64,000 nt of DNA from Eledone cirrhosa (taxonomy: Eukaryota): positions 126,108,001 through 126,172,000 of the forward strand of contig OZ024744.1 in the NCBI GenBank assembly GCA_964016885.1, in the 5' to 3' direction. Position 1 is the first letter of the stretch, and every line of letters begins with the position of its first letter. Below the pieces are notes generated by a model, which did not search any database, had not been told where the DNA came from, and saw only the letters and a program-made list of their open reading frames with translations. This document shows, one piece after another, positions 62,174 through 64,000 of the stretch. The position numbers and the translations under genes were made by a program.

Positions 62174-62552
62174 GTATGTATCTTTCTCATTCTCTCTGTA
62201 TGTATGTATGTATGTATATATATATAATTATATATTTATAGACATCCTGAAAGCTTTTTAAATGTCTGAGAGATTGGCTAAATATGTTTTGCAGGTATGA
62301 CCAGTAAGAGAGAGGTAAGTTATTTCAAAACAATTCTTTGACCATTATTTTAAGGTACTATCTCAGTGTATTTTTAAATTGACCTCTTGATAGGATGAAA
62401 TGACCTGTATAATTTTTTTCATATTTAGATGGAATAGAAGAAAAACAAGAAAAATGAAATGAATTCAAACAGAAAATATACACCAATGCCAATGGAGGTA
62501 TGATTTCAGTTTAATCTTAACCTAATGACCACTTTACAGAGTGTACTGGATA

Positions 62553-62637
<85 letters not shown>

Positions 62638-63095
62638 AGGAAGCTCCAACCGTTAAGGTTGTCTTTCCATTTATTAATATATTGTGTATTTACTCCACTA
62701 AACTGTTGAGTGCTTTATATCAGTTATAAAAAAATTTCAGCTTGTTGAATCCCAAAATAGTTGTTGAAACAGCCACAGCTCAGCCGTCGGGGTCCTGAAT
62801 ATTTATCATATATATATACGTATGAGTGTGTGTGTTTTGAGAATTAATAATTATATAAACAAGTTTGTAATGAACAATTTATTTCTTATCAAAACTGTAT
62901 AAACATGATATTATTTACAGTAAGAATAACAATAATAATGATGGTTTCTAGTAAAGGTGGAAGGCCAGTAATTTGGGGGAGGGGAAAGTTGATTAAATCG
63001 AAGAGAGAAAGAAAGAAGAAACAGAACGGGAAGGAGAGGGGATGGCAAGAGGTCCGGTGTCGCAGGAGAGAGGGGAGGGTGGTTGAGCTTTGAGT

Positions 63096-63583
63096 CTAGG
63101 GCAAGAGGGCAGAAATGCTGCGCCCCACGGATAAGACGGCAAAAATATTCTCGCGGACGATGGCCAGAGATACCCAATGCAACAACCACCCAACCTCGCG
63201 GTGTTCCCTCCTCAGATGGGCTGCTGACTCTCCGATCTTTTGGAGGAGCTCGGCAGTACAAGGTCCAAGTACTCCTGGGGTCTCGACGTTGACTGGTGCA
63301 GAGAGGAAGTGGCCGGACAATCCTCGGTATTTGTTTATTTTACGTTCTTCTGCGAGGTGGGCTGCGATGCCGGGGTTTGTGACCGAAACGACTTGGAAAC
63401 GAAGTTGTAGGCGGAGATTGTGTCGTAGCTGGTGGTGTCCCAGATGAGGGACCTACGTCCTTCGAATGGGAAGAGAGTGATTCCGTCGGGGCGCTTGCCA
63501 TCTCCGGGACCTGTTGGCCCCAGTTGTGATGGGAAGCCAGCTGCGTCCAGGCTTCTTCTCAATATGTCGTTGACAACGACGTG
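63096..63583 (-). mobile_element. CRE-like RLE fragment (duplicate)
   Basis: Duplicate of 23143-23630. Confidence 0.7.
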
Positions 63584-64000
63584 TATCTATTCAATAATTA
63601 TTTGAATATTGAAATTTTAGGTTTAACTACCTTTTAAACCAAATACATTAAGAAAGGCATGACCAACACCACATCATTTTTATTTCTATTTTGAAAGTAG
63701 GTTTATAAGTATTAAATTTCAGTAGATTCTTATATCCTTCATGGTGGTCTGGTGGGAGATACGAGAGATGGTGGAGGTTCTGGTCTGGGGTTCAATCCTG
63801 CTCAGGAGATACTCTAAGGGGGTTCATACTAAACTTCTTCAGTGTTTCTTATCTCTAGAGACAAATATATATACATAAGGTAATCTGGTAAAGTTGTTAG
63901 AACATCACATAGAATTCTTTGTAGTATTTTTTCCAGTTCTTCAATCTGAGTTCAACTTTACTTTTCTTCCATTCGGGGTTGATAATAACGTACCAGTCAA

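Larger units (their letters stand above)
48335..64000 (+). repeat. Segmental duplication of 8507-24047 (runs off the window end)
   Basis: Colinear and near-identical; offset 39828 rising to 39953-39954 through mini/microsatellite length changes; scattered SNPs. Confidence 0.97.

Overview
Eukaryotic, repeat-saturated metazoan DNA. The SINE, RTE and TTAGGG content resemble octopus/cephalopod sequence, but that assignment is inference. No host protein-coding gene is supportable; the only intact long ORF is a CR1-clade LINE ORF2 (APE endonuclease + RT, 921 aa), present twice. The window looks like about 1.6 turns of a ~40-kb macro-unit: 8507-24047 recurs almost identically at 48335-64000, and both copies follow the same 1.58/1.78-kb palindromic satellite. 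The most unusual element is a collapsed pseudo-rDNA unit at 28140-38710. In order it has telomere-type repeats, seven 172-bp spacer-like repeats with a TATAGG motif, an ETS-like leader, the 18S 5' end, about 8.3 kb of a satellite stitched from short non-adjacent 18S and 28S motifs (24 units, 2320-bp higher-order period), and the 28S 3' end. Other notable items: the palindromic satellite ends in a Helitron-type 3' terminus, the CR1 has a candidate -1 frameshift heptamer joining ORF1 to an AUG-less ORF2, and a Dong/R4 insertion has twin-priming geometry with its empty site present in the window. All calls are by eye and from remembered consensus motifs; no database search was run.
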